64,000 nucleotides of DNA, taken from contig OZ296649.1 in assembly GCA_965655095.1 (NCBI GenBank), positions 113,584,001 through 113,648,000 of the forward strand, written 5' to 3'. How positions within the stretch are numbered: position 1 is the first letter of the stretch; each line of letters begins with the position of its first letter. The stretch is from Haplodiscus bocki. Lineage: Eukaryota. The notes below the pieces were generated by a model. It was given only the letters and a program-made list of their open reading frames with translations. It made no database searches and was not told the origin of the DNA. This document shows, in pieces, positions 1 through 13,360 of the stretch. A program made the position numbers and the translations under genes.

Positions 1-139
1 AGCGGAGAAGTTTTTTGGAAACCCCAAAAAGAAACGTTACCTTCACAAAAACAACAGAAAAAATGAACAAAATTAACCTGAGAAGAAAAACCGATCTGGT
101 AAATTTGTATTCAAAGTAGAACAAGACGGAAGACAACAA

Positions 140-620
140 CCGGCGTATTTTGCACCTTCCCATTTTAGTAAAGATGCCTTTTTAAAAGAAAGAAACGTTC
201 TTTTTTCAAATTATTGTGTCTTCATCGTATTTTCTAACTTTTCCAACGTTAAAATATTTTTGATTTTCAGCCAAAAAAACTTCACAAATTAAGTGAAAAA
301 ACATTTTGATGAAATAGTACCATTTGATACGCATTCTACAAAAAATTTCCATATATAGCGATTTGAACAAATTCGAGGTTTTCTTCGGAAAAAAATCATC
401 TATTTTTTCAAAAAAGACCCCAAATTTTGAATGTTTTTGGAAATCTTACCAATTCAGTCGCATTCTAGTGCAAATTTGCTACAATTTGGTGAAAAACATT
501 TCACATTCAGAAACGTGAACGTACAACGGTGATAACGTGAACGCAATTGGCAAACATCGGAAAAACCATTCCATTTGAGTGGATGAATTCCATTATGAAC
601 AATATGGCGCAAAATAATAA
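140..620 (+). repeat. Interspersed repeat family A fragment (non-autonomous DNA-element-like)
   Basis: Shares GCATTCTA..GCAAATTTGCTACAATTTGGTG..AACGTGAAC..AACGCAATTGGCAAA..GAGTGGATGA blocks with 6590-6830 and 20200-20560. Boundaries approximate. Confidence 0.6.
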
Positions 621-1208
621 ACGAGTCTGCGGCTTACTGATAGGTTGAAGATTAAAAAACTGCATTTGACAAAAAAATTAATCTCGTTTGTCCTCCCAAG
701 AAATCCAAGATCTTTCTTGTCCACTTTGTCATGATCGTTGATTTTGCAAATGTTGACATTTGCTGGGATATCCCACCAATAGCGAGCCAAAAAATATCAA
801 AATCTACGAAACGCCTTGGCAGGACGAACCGAGCACTATGTAGCGATGTTTAATACAATGCACCCTGTGTTATGCAAGTAAAATAAAATTGATTTTTAAG
901 CTCACTTTGTAAAGGGATGCTATCAAGAAGACAGCAGCTCTAATTTGACAAAGTTTCTTATAAGGGCAATTTTTGAAGATCAAGTTTTTGATTTAAACAT
1001 CTTTTCGGAAAGAAGTCATAAAATTTCATCCATCCTGATAATTGCACCTCATCTCCCAGCTCAATTAAGCCTATATTGTCGAGAGGAGTCTATTGCAAAT
1101 TAATTGAAGAATTTTCAACAAATCAGTTTGGATCGTTTTTCTTCCTGTCTGTAGAGAATTACAATTTCACAGACTTCAGTAGAACCTTTGAGTGACGATG
1201 ACTGCGGC

Positions 1209-2812
1209 GGTCGCAGCACACCTGCGAGGCCGGCGGTCAAACCCTACTAGCAAAAATGACACCCCAATGCTCACAGTAAACTCACACTTTTACATTTAAT
1301 TCAAACTTTAAACTAAAAGTTTCATGTGCATTCTACTTCACCATACTTGTACACTGATCCGCATTATAGACAGATCATCTTAATGAATTAATTCAGACTA
1401 GGACGGAACCGTTACGGAACAAATGAATATTCATAGAGCTTTCCATTCAGAAGGTGCTATTTTATATTAATTTATATATTTAATATAAATCCACCTCAAT
1501 GACTGATTAATTTGATTGACTGGATCAAGTGGTTTTTAAAATAGTGCACTTTCTTAATTGAGCCAAATTAGCTGCGTGATTGATAAAAACGTGAAAGACT
1601 CCAAGAGGGAATATTTGTTCCGTACGTGCTCCGTCGCTACTAGTCTGGTGACGTCACAAGTAATCCAACCACCGAGCTATGGCGGGTGCTGTACTGAATG
1701 CGGAGTGACTTCGTGTCCACTCCTAATTTGTGCACTGTTTGAATGACGTTGACTGACGCTACTAGTGACTACCAAAATTCTCGGAGACTACTAGTAGCTG
1801 CTCGCTTGAACAAGGAGTAAACTAGTAGTGCTACCAGTTTCTCCTTATTTTCGACTATGAATATTTGATGCACTCATGAAACCCTGTAAATGAAATGCCA
1901 TTATTCTTTTACTCCTAATCTACTTTTTTAATTTTTCTCATACTGAAGACATGCAATTTGTATTTTGTTTCATTTTTATTCTTCATTTTTCCTGATTAGG
2001 GAAAAATTTAATCTTTCCCAATTATGAAATATATATTCTTTTAGCTTGTAAATAAAAAGTCGGCGCGGGATTAAACACTTTGATCTCCACCTCTGACGGA
2101 TTGAGTCCGTTCATTTTCTGTCGAAAGATGGCGGGGACGCGTCCTATGAGGGAAGAGATGGATAGAAAAGTTGTTTGTTTCCCGCCAGAGTCGGCATTCT
2201 TACTTTGATTTTTAGTGATGTAAGTACTTTTCCCCATTTGTACCTTGAAGTGGCGTGTGAATATTTGTGTTCCCCGCCAGAAAAAGGTAAGAACAGGAGA
2301 AATGAAAGTACAGGGCACACAATTATTTGTGGTAAAGCTGTAAGGAGTTAACGTATTTGTGAAAAGTGGACTCCTGAATTTCGCTATTATCTCAAAATAA
2401 CAATCATCAATTCAGTTTTCAAAAACTGTTGATTATTTTTCCCTTTCTGCAAATATGGCAACCCTGAGAAATAGGAAGAAGTTAGGAGCCATGAACAAGA
2501 AGATTAAGGAAGATCATCCTAGGAATATTCAGGCAGGAAACACGAACTCTCCTGGAATTCAGGAAGATTATATTGCTCAAGTGTCAGATGGAATTGAGGG
2601 CAAAGTGACAAAGAAATTGTCCTAGGAGTTCAGTAGGACTGAAAGTTGCATTTTAGGTGCCTTTTCAGGGCTAGGTGAATTTCTTCAGAATGCACAACCC
2701 GGAGAGAGCCATAGAAGGAATGAAGATTGCTCCCAGAATGATCCTTATCCTGAAGTTGGAGTCTCCCAGAGACATTCTTCACAAGAATTAGGCCCAGAAG
2801 AAACCTCTCACA
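1209..2812 (+). mobile_element. Solo LTR (1.6 kb) containing a gag-like ORF start
   Basis: Flanked by 5-bp direct repeat GCGGC (1204-1208 / 2813-2817). Starts GGTCGCAG-hairpin-CCTGCGA, matching the TGTCGCAG...CCTGTGA start of the element at 41271. Ends TCTCACA. Contains TGACGTCA. Confidence 0.75.
2455..2812 (+). pseudogene. gag-like N-terminal ORF remnant inside solo LTR
   Basis: MATLRNRKKLGAMNKK...QEDYIAQVSDGIEGKVTKKLS*EFSRTESCILGAFSGLGEFLQN. Basic N-terminus plus predicted coiled coil; in-frame TAG at 2623-2625. Same position in the LTR as ORF 42635. Confidence 0.55.
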
Positions 2813-4477
2813 GCGGCATCATGGTGCCAGGCATAAATTCACATGGAAGTTTATTATCTTCCATCACATCATGAAATTTTGAGCCCTAGATTTCAGTATG
2901 GGATTCTGGGAGGATGTAGAAGACATTATTGTGAAGTCGCATCATCCAAAGTTCTAGGTTGAGCCTACAAACTAAGACTTAGACATCTTCCAATGAAAGT
3001 TTTTACCCAATTCTGATGGCTCTACTACTTACGCTCCTACTGTTGAGAAAGACAAAACAATTCCAAGAGAGAGGTTCCTTATATTTCATTCAACATTACT
3101 AATTCAAGGGGCTATTTTAGTCCATTTGTGATATTCTCAGTTTTGAACTTCTCGGTCTGACGTGATGGTGGCGCGGTTTTGTTGCTTTTTGCCTATTAAA
3201 TTCCCGCAATGGCTCATTTAGCTGTCGGAAATGTTGGAAGAACTCAAATATCTTCTCGAATATATGCAAATTTGTGCGACTCAGATCAACCCCAGCAGGC
3301 TATTTTACGCTTGGAAAAGCAAAGTAGAAATATCGGATTTCTAGTTGAGCCCAACAAGGTTTCCAAATGTTGAAGAAACGAACTATTTCTGTCATACGGG
3401 ATTATTTTGCGTAATGCGAAGCACAGAAAAATTATTCAAATCAGTAGCTGCCCTTTCTCTGTTGCCCTGCGAACTTTATATTTTTAATGAGGGGAGATGG
3501 AAGACACAAAGTGGCACTAAAATTGTGAAGTCAGTTAGTTGCAGCGTAACAAAACGCGGAGACGTCTTATTGCTGTTCAATTAACGGAAAAAATTATCAG
3601 TTTCCGATACGCAAGGCAGTCGTTGTGTGATTTGGACCAAAAAAATCGATATGGTACGAAACACTTTCGCGCTGGTCAAAAAAATCAGACCTTTCGGAAG
3701 TTTCGAGAAATACAATTTTCCCCCAAATTGTTTTTCTCAGCATGTACAATAGTTTCTTGGACATATCGAAGTTTTTGCAGTTGTTTTCAATGAAAAACTC
3801 CGTGAGCCACTTTTTGGGAAAACTTTGCTAATTTAATTTCACTCCAGTGAACCATCCCACAGCGCTTTTCAATTAGCGCGCCTTTCTTTTGAAATCAAAA
3901 AAAGCAACTGGGTGGTTAGCTTTTCGAGTCATCAAAGACGATCCTAGGATTTTAGGTTGTTTTTTTTCATTGAAAAGGGGGAGTTTCTATTTTAAATCTT
4001 GTTTCTTCTATTGGAAACGCTATAAGATAAGATTCGAGACGTTGATCGAGTGTATTATAATTTGAACATAGACGTTTTGACCGGAGAACTTAGAGGTAAA
4101 AGGTTTTGCCAGAAATTTGCAGTTGTTCAGATATCAGGTAGTGGTCCTAACAAGTTGGGAAGACCGATTTACCGGCTATGGGACCGTAGAACATGAACCA
4201 AGCTCATCAAAGTTTCTCTGTTGTGCTCTTCTTGTAGATTTTTTATCAAAAATGACCAGTGTCACTGCACCATTTATCCGGGTGTTTGCTTAGGTCGTGG
4301 CTCTTTTGCTCACCAAAACAACTTGTCTCGCGGGGATGGGGTAGTGGAGCTCTAAAAAACAATTACAGTTCCATCGCCCCAGCAAATATGCTCAGCGGGG
4401 TTTTGGACCATAGGCCTGATTCGTTGTGATAGGAAATCTTGGCAAATTGCACCGCTATTAGTTTTGTAAATTGGCTT

Positions 4478-4677
4478 NNNNNNNNNNNNNNNNNNNNNNN
4501 NNNNNNNNNNNNNNNNNNNNNNNNNNNNNNNNNNNNNNNNNNNNNNNNNNNNNNNNNNNNNNNNNNNNNNNNNNNNNNNNNNNNNNNNNNNNNNNNNNNN
4601 NNNNNNNNNNNNNNNNNNNNNNNNNNNNNNNNNNNNNNNNNNNNNNNNNNNNNNNNNNNNNNNNNNNNNNNNNNNNN
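4478..4677. other. Assembly gap (200 N)
   Basis: Run of exactly 200 N, a scaffolding spacer. Confidence 0.99.
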
Positions 4678-5769
4678 CGGAACTACGAGACTATATTTTC
4701 CAAAAAAGTGCACTGTTCAGAAAAACCTTCCGGCACATCTACCGCTGGCCACCGCCCGCGTGGGTAGTTTACTACGCCTGCGGATGATACTACACGCTTC
4801 TCGATAGTTTTTTTTACCACCTCTGGTTGAAATATTAATTGGGACACACTGTTGTTTCGAAACGGTAACATCAAACAATTGATTGGAAGTATAAAAACGG
4901 AATATGAAGGTAAGAAAATAGCCAAGCACAATGTAGAACCAGCATAATTTGAACACAAATTTCACATCAAAAAATTTGAGAAAACCTGAAAAAAATCTTC
5001 GAGTACAGAATCTGAGTTGCGTTGAAATGAAAAAGAAGAAAAAAAACTATAGAGGTAATCAGAATGAATGAGAACTACCAAATAAAATGTAAAACCTGAT
5101 CGTTCTTGCGTTCAATTCCAAAAGAGTCCAGCTTGTCGTGGGGAGTTTCTCAGATTGGATATACGTTGCTGGGAAAAAATATCTTAGCTCATGCACCGCA
5201 TTCTTGCAAGTGTTTTTCTCAGTAAACCTTTTGATGAAGAGAGTGGCACAACTCGGAAAAAGATACGCTTTAAACGCGGCATTCATTTTCATCATATGAC
5301 AAATATGATTGTTATATATCACTAGTTGAACGGTTTTCTCGTATTTCTGCCCACTTTGTCAAACGAGTTCTCCTTTATTTTTTCTATACACAATGTCTTT
5401 TTCTTCGAAGAAGACGTTAAGGTGAAGAGGATCCTCAGAACTTGAAAGATCATTCAAATGAAGACATTCAAAATCATCAAGTTTGCATCCTTCAACTCTG
5501 GTGATGAATTAATTGAACATTTTCGACAATTCGTTCTACATTTTATGGTTCCCTTGCAAATGGAGAGCAAGATGTCTAAAAAAAAGATAAATTATCGATA
5601 CGAAGAAGTCTCGCATTTTCCTCAAAAGTGAGACATATCACTGCTGGATTCTCAAGAAGGGGTTCTGGCCAAATCGTGTCTCCGCAAACCATTTGCACAC
5701 ATTTGAGTATTTGAGTTTAGCAAAACACTTAGTAAGCTTTGTCAAAATGCTAAACAACCATTTTGTTTT

Positions 5770-5857
5770 GCCTCTTTCTCTCTCTTTCTCTCTCTCTCTC
5801 TTTCTTTCTTTATCTATCTATCTATCTCTCCCTCTGTTGTTCTGTTTGTCTGTCTGT
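5770..5857. repeat. Compound microsatellite (CT)n/(TCTA)n/(TCTG)n
   Basis: ctctttctctctctttctctctctctctctttctttctttatctatctatctatctctc...gtctgtctg. Confidence 0.9.
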
Positions 5858-6559
5858 AGCACACAATTGCACAACATCCTCTTTCTCAGAAATTGTTTCA
5901 GCTTTGTCATATCATTTCCGGTGGATACGTTTTGATCGAATGCTTCGGTTGATCTAAAAACGTAGTGTTTTCGTATGTGTACAAGATATCGAGAGTTTCC
6001 AATTTCATTGTTTCTTGAAATGAAATCAAATTGTAGATTCGTCTTAGCTGTACATTTCCATTCTCTTTCTCGAGCATTTATGCGGAATTTTTTGATGATA
6101 CAGTGGAAATGAACTGGGAAAAATTTTGCCACAATTTTGTCAGTCCAGTGTATTTTCAGGTTCCTGGCACTGAGGTTCTCGGTGACATGAAAACACAATT
6201 TAGCGTGTTGAGACATTGGAACAATGCGTACGACAAAATGTCGTACTTGAATATTTCTTCCTGGACCAACTAGTATTGCTTCCTCTTGTTTGTGATCAGC
6301 TTTTTTCTTGGGTAAAATTTTTGCTGCGGCTGAGAGAAAGATCTTTATCAGGATGGCGGTGGAGCGTGAATGGGTTTTTGCGATCCATGTCTCAAAGTTT
6401 GTATGGGTCTCGAAAGATACTAAAGGCAAGCTCTGCATCAATAAAACATTTTTGTTGAACGTTATTTGGGAAACAAAGGGGTTTTAACAGGAAGTGGAAA
6501 CAATTTTCTGATCTTGGTTGATATATTCGAGTTACGCAGGATCTTAGGAGTGGAAAATT

Positions 6560-6940
6560 ACACTAAAAATTCTGCATGAAATTTCCCACATTTAGCGATT
6601 TCGAAAAATTTCATGGTTTTTTTTCCAAAAACCCATCTCTCTCTCCAAAAAACCTCAAACTTCGAAAGTTTTGGTAAATATTACTATTTCACGTGCATTC
6701 TACGGCAAGTATGCTACAATTTGGTGGAAAACGTGAACAAATGTAAACGCAATTGGCAAAATCAGGTTAAGAAAACGTTTTTGTTGAGTGGATGATTTTC
6801 CTCCCATGTTATAAATATGGGAGAAAATATTAATTCAAAATTCGGGAGGTGGAAAGTTTGTTACAGAAAACTTAAATTTTATTTCTCGGAAAAAATTCTT
6901 CTGGAAGCTGCAAGGTGGGAATTATCCCGGTGGTAGCCGG
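6560..6940 (+). repeat. Interspersed repeat family A fragment, ending CCCGGTGGTAGCCGG
   Basis: Aligns by eye with 345-620. Confidence 0.6.
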
Positions 6941-8289
6941 GGGTGGGGTGGTGTTGAATCCTTAATTCAATTTCTGTAAGGGGTTGAAAACGTGACAGTT
7001 AATTATATTGTCTTAATGTATCGTTGAAATACGACATTTGTTTCGATGATTTACGAAGTTAATCATAAAGATAGGTAAATTCATTCTGCATGCAATGCTT
7101 GCACCGATGTGTTTGCTATTTTTTTCTGAGTGCAAAACGTACGCATGCATTTGTAAAGTTTTCAAATAATTCAATGATTCATTTGCAGTTTTAAAACTTA
7201 AATTGTTGTAGAATGCGTAAGCAATGGTATTGTATTTTTATGAAATCTCAAGCACTATTTTTGTAATTTTGAAACGGCACACTGAAAAAAATTAAAGAAC
7301 AAATTGCATGAAACGTATCAAAATTATTCACCTTCAAAAATGAAAATTTCAAGCTGATATGAGTCTTTAGTTATTGCAGTGGTCTCCCTTGAATGCTTGA
7401 ATGCTGGGAAATTGAACAAGAGGATATCTTCTCACAAATAATGTATTCCTTGTAAAAAACCAAAAACGATCCTCATGTCAATTTACCATCTCTTCCGCTG
7501 GAAAAAAAGTCAGTCTTGTAAATGTTTGACCACTGTGCTGATTTTAATTCTGCTTGATATCAGGATTTTTCTCAGCTACCCCTTTTCTGATTTTGGTATG
7601 CTTTTTAGTCTGAGTTTGGTCAATTTTGTTTCGGGTAATTTTTGGGAATTTGGTGATTATAAAATTCAAAACACCCGTATTGGATGGTCTCAAGGCCTAT
7701 CTATCTGATTAGTACTATAAATAGCATGTAATAGCGACAGCGAAATCACCCCTGAGAAACATAGTAACAACTTCAATCAAATAAGCGACATGCTAACGAA
7801 AGGGTTTTTTAGATCAATCCTGCAGTGCAGCTTCATTTTTGATTCCATGTTTTTGCGAACCGTTAAATATGTTTGATATGTCTAAGATCGTACATTCCTT
7901 GAAGACAAGAAAACTTTTTTGACGCTGATAAATTATCAAATAAAATGCTAACTTAATTTCGCCAACCGTCTATCCTTTCCTCAATCTTTACTCCAACAGT
8001 TGCATTGTCTCTCTCGGAAGACGTTAAAATAGCATAAGCTGCTGCGCGTCCAATAAGGAACAGTCCTCAAAAACGAACCGACTTCCGTCTTGTTTCACGG
8101 TTAACTTCAATCAGCAGGACAATGGAGGCAGTTTATTCAGAAAAGAGATTCAAAAAAGAAATTTGTCAAACACAAAACAAATAGTACATCTTCAGCAGTT
8201 TGTTTGGTTTTTTTTGTAAGAACCGGTCATCTCTGGATGCAATAAAGAAGCTATTAGAGCAAATTATATATTTTCTTTCGATACGAGGA

Positions 8290-8615
8290 TCTGACCAGTC
8301 GGCAGCTATATTGATCTGAAGAAACTTCTAGAAAAAATTGATCATAAAATACAGTTGACGAACTATGAAAACAATGGTGTCAGAGGACTTTCTTTGAATA
8401 TCGTTACAGATTACCTTGCAAAAGGGTTGCAAAAGTCTTGCTCAAGCAGCAAGTTTCAAATCTTAAGCATATGAACATTGCTGTTCCTCAAGTTCCAGTT
8501 CTTGATTCGTTTTTTTTTCATAGTTTTTCTTTTTCTTCTTTTTTCTCCCTCTACTCTATGTAGAGGCTACCAGAGAAATCGATTCAGCCATTCTTTATGC
8601 TGATATTATTTGTAT
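8290..8615 (+). mobile_element. Decayed LINE (CR1/L2-like) reverse transcriptase fragment
   Basis: YIDLKKLLEKIDHKIQL..NNGVRGLSLNIVTDYL...AVPQVPVLDSFFF...AILYADI matches RT blocks DLxKAFDxxxH / GVPQGSVLGP / YADD. Confidence 0.65.
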
Positions 8616-8617
8616 AA

Positions 8618-9060
8618 TCAGCACAATTGTACAAATAATTTTGAAGATTTGCAGAAAAAAATTGAATAGTGACTGACTTTTAATGCTGAAAAATCAACTT
8701 CACAAATTTTTTTAAATAAGAATTGATGTTTATAATAACATAAATCATGGCAAAAACTCAAAAAACTAGATTGTCGTAAGCATTGAATTTTTAGGAATAT
8801 AAGAAGCTTTGATAACAACTGATTGACTTTCAAAAAACAAATTGATCAATTTCCAAAGATGATTAACAATTTTTCTAGGTCTTTAAATAGATTTCGCGGG
8901 AATTTACTCTAAAAGTATATGGTATTCTTTCACTATTCCTGAAAGTTATTTATAACGCTCTCTTTAAAAAGAAAACTCAATGCGGGTTGACTGTTGATAA
9001 GAGTTTGAAAAAATCCTGCTTGTATCCAATTTTTCTAGCAGGAAACAAATTGTCAACAAC
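8618..9060 (-). mobile_element. Second decayed LINE RT fragment in opposite orientation
   Basis: Minus-strand LEKLL..FL.VNQLLS.. and VDFSALKVSHYSIFFCK resemble EKL..RL..FL..N.LLS.Q.GF and DFSKAFD.V.H.IL. Confidence 0.4.
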
Positions 9061-9379
9061 GCCTTTTCCATGAAAAAAAAATCAATTCAATAATTTTAAC
9101 AATGGTGAACCCTAAGATTTTGATTGTTGTTGAGTTATTTCTACATCGGGAGAGTTAATCAGGTACGAATTTTTGGCATGTAGAAGAGAATGACGCAGCA
9201 GTTTCTAATTTAGAAACGTACGTTCACGAACGAGACAGATTTCATGAAATGTCATTTGCTAAATTAGCAATACAAAAATTTTGCCTAAATTGCACAGTTC
9301 CAAGAATTTTGAACAATATATAGTATGCCTAAAATTTGCACCCGAACGAAGCTATTAAAAGGTGTAGACTATCAATGAT

Positions 9380-10270
9380 GAAAGAAGTGGAAGAAGTCAA
9401 TTACGGCATCCCTTGCATTTCCTTCAACCAATTCGGTCCGCCACTTTAATAATCCTGGCATTCGAACAGTTGCAGCTAGGTCAGCTGCATACCGGGATTG
9501 GGTTTATTTCTGATGCCTCCAACTCCTACACTATTGGCATCAACGCGCTTCCGTGAAAAAACATCGCCAGTGGATATTCTTGCATTCTGCACTGTTTTTG
9601 CCGTTTTTGAAACTGATGCAGCCATTCCGAAACAACGGGGAAAACCCTAGCAAGGTGTTGAACAAGAAAATTGAACATCGAGGACGAATTCACCAACTTT
9701 TATCAGAGCGGTGCACTAGCTCGGTAAATTGAATCCGTAGATTGCATCAATTAGACAAGTTCCTGGGTCACCTTTCATGTGATAGTCAAACGACTGGGTC
9801 ATTTTGTTTGAGGCGGCTTCGTTTTCATAACTCATATTGAACCCTCCACGCCAACGACATCCTCGACATCTCTTTTGGCCATCCGAGCTACAGTTGTACA
9901 CCGTTTACGTGGCAGCGTTTCCTCTATTACAATTGGGCCAAATCGTTGACACTTATTCAACGCAATTCACCGGCTGCCATCAACAGTCTGACTACCCTCT
10001 CAGGCAATACTTTGTGGGTCAGTTCCATTGACAAGACGGCGACAGCTTTGTATCTTTAGTTATGCTTCCTTCGCCGTTGCAGGAGAACATGCATTATCTT
10101 TGCGTTCATTTACGATGGTGCTATTATCGTGTCAAGGCCCTTTTTGTCTCCTCTATATGCCCAGCCGTTAATATCACCGGTTCTTCATCAGGTAATTTTT
10201 TGTTCACTGAGCCAGATTGATCAAAATTTCTACCGTTAGGATGTTTGTTTGACCACATTATGTTTACCCT
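9380..10270 (-). mobile_element. Decayed BEL/Pao pol (RNase H region) remnant
   Basis: Minus-strand fragments WRH...NP..ADLA and GGPNWLK resemble the Pao block WRHV...NPAD.ASRG...W..GP.WL. Heavily frameshifted; GC-richer than flanks. Confidence 0.45.
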
Positions 10271-11076
10271 TTCGCTCAACTCTATGGCAGTTTTATCAGA
10301 ATAGGGAACTGTGTCATATGTTTTTCACCAAGAACAAATTGCTGCCGTTGTGTTCCCTTGAAGGGTAAGGTGTGAAAATATGCGTGATTGGTTTTTTGAC
10401 ACCCGGTTTTCGAGAATGCACTTGAGTTAAATATGTTTTCCTGAAAGCTATTCTGAAGCTCTCTCGGCAGATAGATTTTGATGTCTCTTGCAGGTTTGAT
10501 GGCAGGATCCCTGCTAAAGAATAATTTGGGCAAAGTTAGAAATTTCAATAAAAAGATTTCGACCAAGCAAAACATTTTTCAATTTATCATAAATAAAAAT
10601 TCATAGAAACTTTTTTCCGACTGAGCCGGAAGGTAAATTGCTCGTTTTAAAAAGCTTTCAACTTGTAAAAGTAGAAAGAAATTGTTAAATATCTGATCTT
10701 TCCCGGTTTTCCCAAGAAACCCAATTGTATTATAGATATCTTACAAAAGATCTTAGGAACATTTTTTTCACCAGCTTTCAATTTTCGACACTTTTCAGAC
10801 ATTTTTGACAAATCGAGCTTCAAACTTTGCTAACATTTGCTCAGGGTCTCACATAACGACAATTTTAACTGAAGAATAACGAGTATTAAAAATAAATTGC
10901 TGGAAGATTTTATATGTTCTAGTTGTTTTCATTTCTTTCTTTTGTATCATTTTTCTCTGATCTAAAGGTGGCTTTGGGCTTGCACCATTAAACATTTAAA
11001 TGAACATGCCCAAGGCGCGTTTTTTATGAAGAAAAGCGTAATATTAGCATGAGGCTGGTCATATGTTACAAGCAAC

Positions 11077-11226
11077 CTGTGATCAAGAAATTGTCAATCA
11101 GGTCCACTCCGTTAGTTGAACGATCAGATCCAACAGCATAAAGAAGCATTTGTTCATTTATTTGGTTTTTTGTCAAGAAATTCACGGACGAGTCCATATT
11201 GGCGCAGCAGTTTTGATGATTGACAG
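11077..11226 (-). CDS. Possible internal host exon (150 nt, phase 1-1), product unknown
   Basis: Acceptor TTTGTTTCAG, donor CAG|GTTGCT, open frame AVNHQNCCANMDSSVNFLTKNQINEQMLLYAVGSDRSTNGVDLIDNFLITG. Confidence 0.4.
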
Positions 11227-12329
11227 CTGAAACAAATGAACCCAAAAGAAAGTGTGCCTTTTGCTTCAACTTATGCTATTCTGTATGCAGCTAATTTGTT
11301 CCACTTTTTAGATCCCTTCCTGTTTTTTATGTTTATCCATTAGTGAAAAAAGCCTTTTGACTGGTGAAATGTCAAACGTGTTTCTACTAACCAGCCAATA
11401 CATTTGTTACTGCATGATGAAGTTATAAAACATTAGACTCTACACCTGAATGGGTCTTGTACGAGTTTTGCCATGATTGGGACAATTCATGGTAGATTTG
11501 ATTTTGGTATGATTTTTTTCGTTAATCCCCTCCCCAGCAGTGGTAACAAGAACTTTAACTCCATTCTATTCCTCTGGAGGAAGCGAACTCCTCTATCATA
11601 GGCTAAAATTCGTTCGCTTGTGAGCTAAAATATTAAGCCGCTTGTTATTTCGCGCATCCATTATACTGTAGGCAGAATTGATGAACTCCGAAATGATACA
11701 AGACCAGTAAGCATAAAATTTAAGTCTCACGAATTATAAAAACTCGGGTTGACCTGACATACAAAAATCATACTATGCACCATAAACTGCCATACAAAAA
11801 ACAATTTATGCTAATGCCATTAGTTTCCTGTTTTTTTTTCTATGGTCATGTTATGGAAAGTCTGTCAGCCATGAACTTGTATGGCCAGTTAATGACTCTA
11901 ATGTTATTTTGCATGATCATCCAATGCTTTTCATGTTTTCAGCTGTTTTTTTTTCAACAAACAACTTCCAATTCCTTATTTGCATAGTTCCGAGTACTTC
12001 GAATGTCTAGAAAAGTGCAAGAGGCAAGGGGAATACCCGCCAGCAACTTTCAGAGTGTAACGTTCCGCGTTTACTCTGGGAACGAAAGACTAATACCTTT
12101 GTCGTAGTTTGTCCAACATTAGATCACTGTAAACTATACTTTTCGGAAATGGGATTTTAAAAAAAATTCATTTTTAATTTTAGGCAACCAAAAATGAACG
12201 TAGATGGCATTTATTATGTTCCTCAGTCAAATTGTTGCCTATTATCATTTTGACCTTCACACTTTGATGTAATGTTTTCAATGAGTAATTTAAGTAAAAT
12301 TTTTGTTCTCTAGAATACGTTATCATAAT

Positions 12330-12545
12330 CTGATAAAATTCGTGCATGCTTTTCCATACTATGGCCATACTATGGTACAGTGTATGATTTGCATGGAATC
12401 AAATTATAGTATGCTCTTTTTATGACTTGCATCTTGCATGTTACCATAAACTTCTACGGTACTTTTTATGCCTTTAATGTATTCATAGATCACCATATAT
12501 GACTTTCTATGATTTCCCTGTTTTTGTATGGTGGTAAACCAAGGA
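12330..12545 (-). repeat. CATG-rich MITE-like family fragment (also at 62610-62800; related pieces near 11745, 21190-21305, 61080-61620)
   Basis: Reverse complement CCTTGGTTTACCACCATACA...TCATATATGGTGAT aligns with 62610 CCCTGGTTGACCACCGTACA...TCATGTATGGCGAT. Confidence 0.5.
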
Positions 12546-12598
12546 ATTGAATCTCGTACCCTTTTGTTGACGTCTCAGAGGAAATGAGCACTGGCCAA

Positions 12599-13360
12599 CT
12601 CTGGTTCAGAAGTGTTTCAATTCTGGTACAGCGTTGGTGAACGAAAATTTTCAGAGTTATAAAACAGCGCTGAACAGCGCTGTTTCCACGCTGATTTCTT
12701 TTGAAACCACGCTGAACAGCGCTGACTTTTGACGTTTGCAGAATGATATTTTTCGATTATTTTTTCATTCTCGAAGTTTCTGAAAGTATCCCAAATTTGA
12801 GACACATCATTCTGATTTTCAGCCCATTTTGCGAAAAAAAATGAACCACAAAAAATTAGCAGGGCAGTCTTCTCACGGCCCAAAGATATAATAAAAAATT
12901 GAAATTTTGTGCTTTCGTTCGTGTTCAAGTAATAAAACACATTTGGTTCAACTTTTCAAAATCATTTTTCAGTTTAGTGCGATGATCTTCTAAATAAACT
13001 TGAAAAAATTGAGTTTCTGCACTCATTTTGCTAAATGTTGGTGAATTTTACATTTTATTTTTTTACCAACAATGCCATTTTAATTACTACTCCATTCATT
13101 TTCATCACTTTTGACTGCAGTATCACATTTTTATTCTCTTATCTACATGCGTTAATAACAGAGATGATTCCGAATAAATCAGCGGTGTTCAACGCTGAAA
13201 ACACACGGTTTCAGAACTTGGAAAAACAGCGCTCGACAGCGCTGATTCAGTCTTGATTTTCTCAGAAGCAATGTTTCATGTTCTCCGAATCCGTGGTGAA
13301 TAACAACAAATTCTAAGACAGCGGTGTTAAGAGCTGATTATTTGTGGGACTTCAACCGGG
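12599..13360. mobile_element. MITE-like element with subterminal CAGCGCTG palindrome clusters
   Basis: Multiple ACAGCGCTG copies at 12660-12725 and 13180-13340; ends CTCTGGTTCA / TTCAACCGGG are loosely inverted. Confidence 0.5.

Noticed and set aside
1204-1250. GC hairpin followed by CTAG, like a Helitron 3' end
   Set aside because: Better explained as the 5' end of a solo LTR (TSD GCGGC, homology to 41271); CTAG is not followed by T.
4000-4440. Possible BEL integrase fragment (also possible LINE traces at 20780-21100 and 22900-23420)
   Set aside because: Motif resemblance too weak to support without a search.
4363-4807. ORFs spanning the N run
   Set aside because: Artefacts of the assembly gap.
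5818-6441. 207-aa minus-strand ORF
   Set aside because: No recognisable motif, non-ATG start, runs into a microsatellite.
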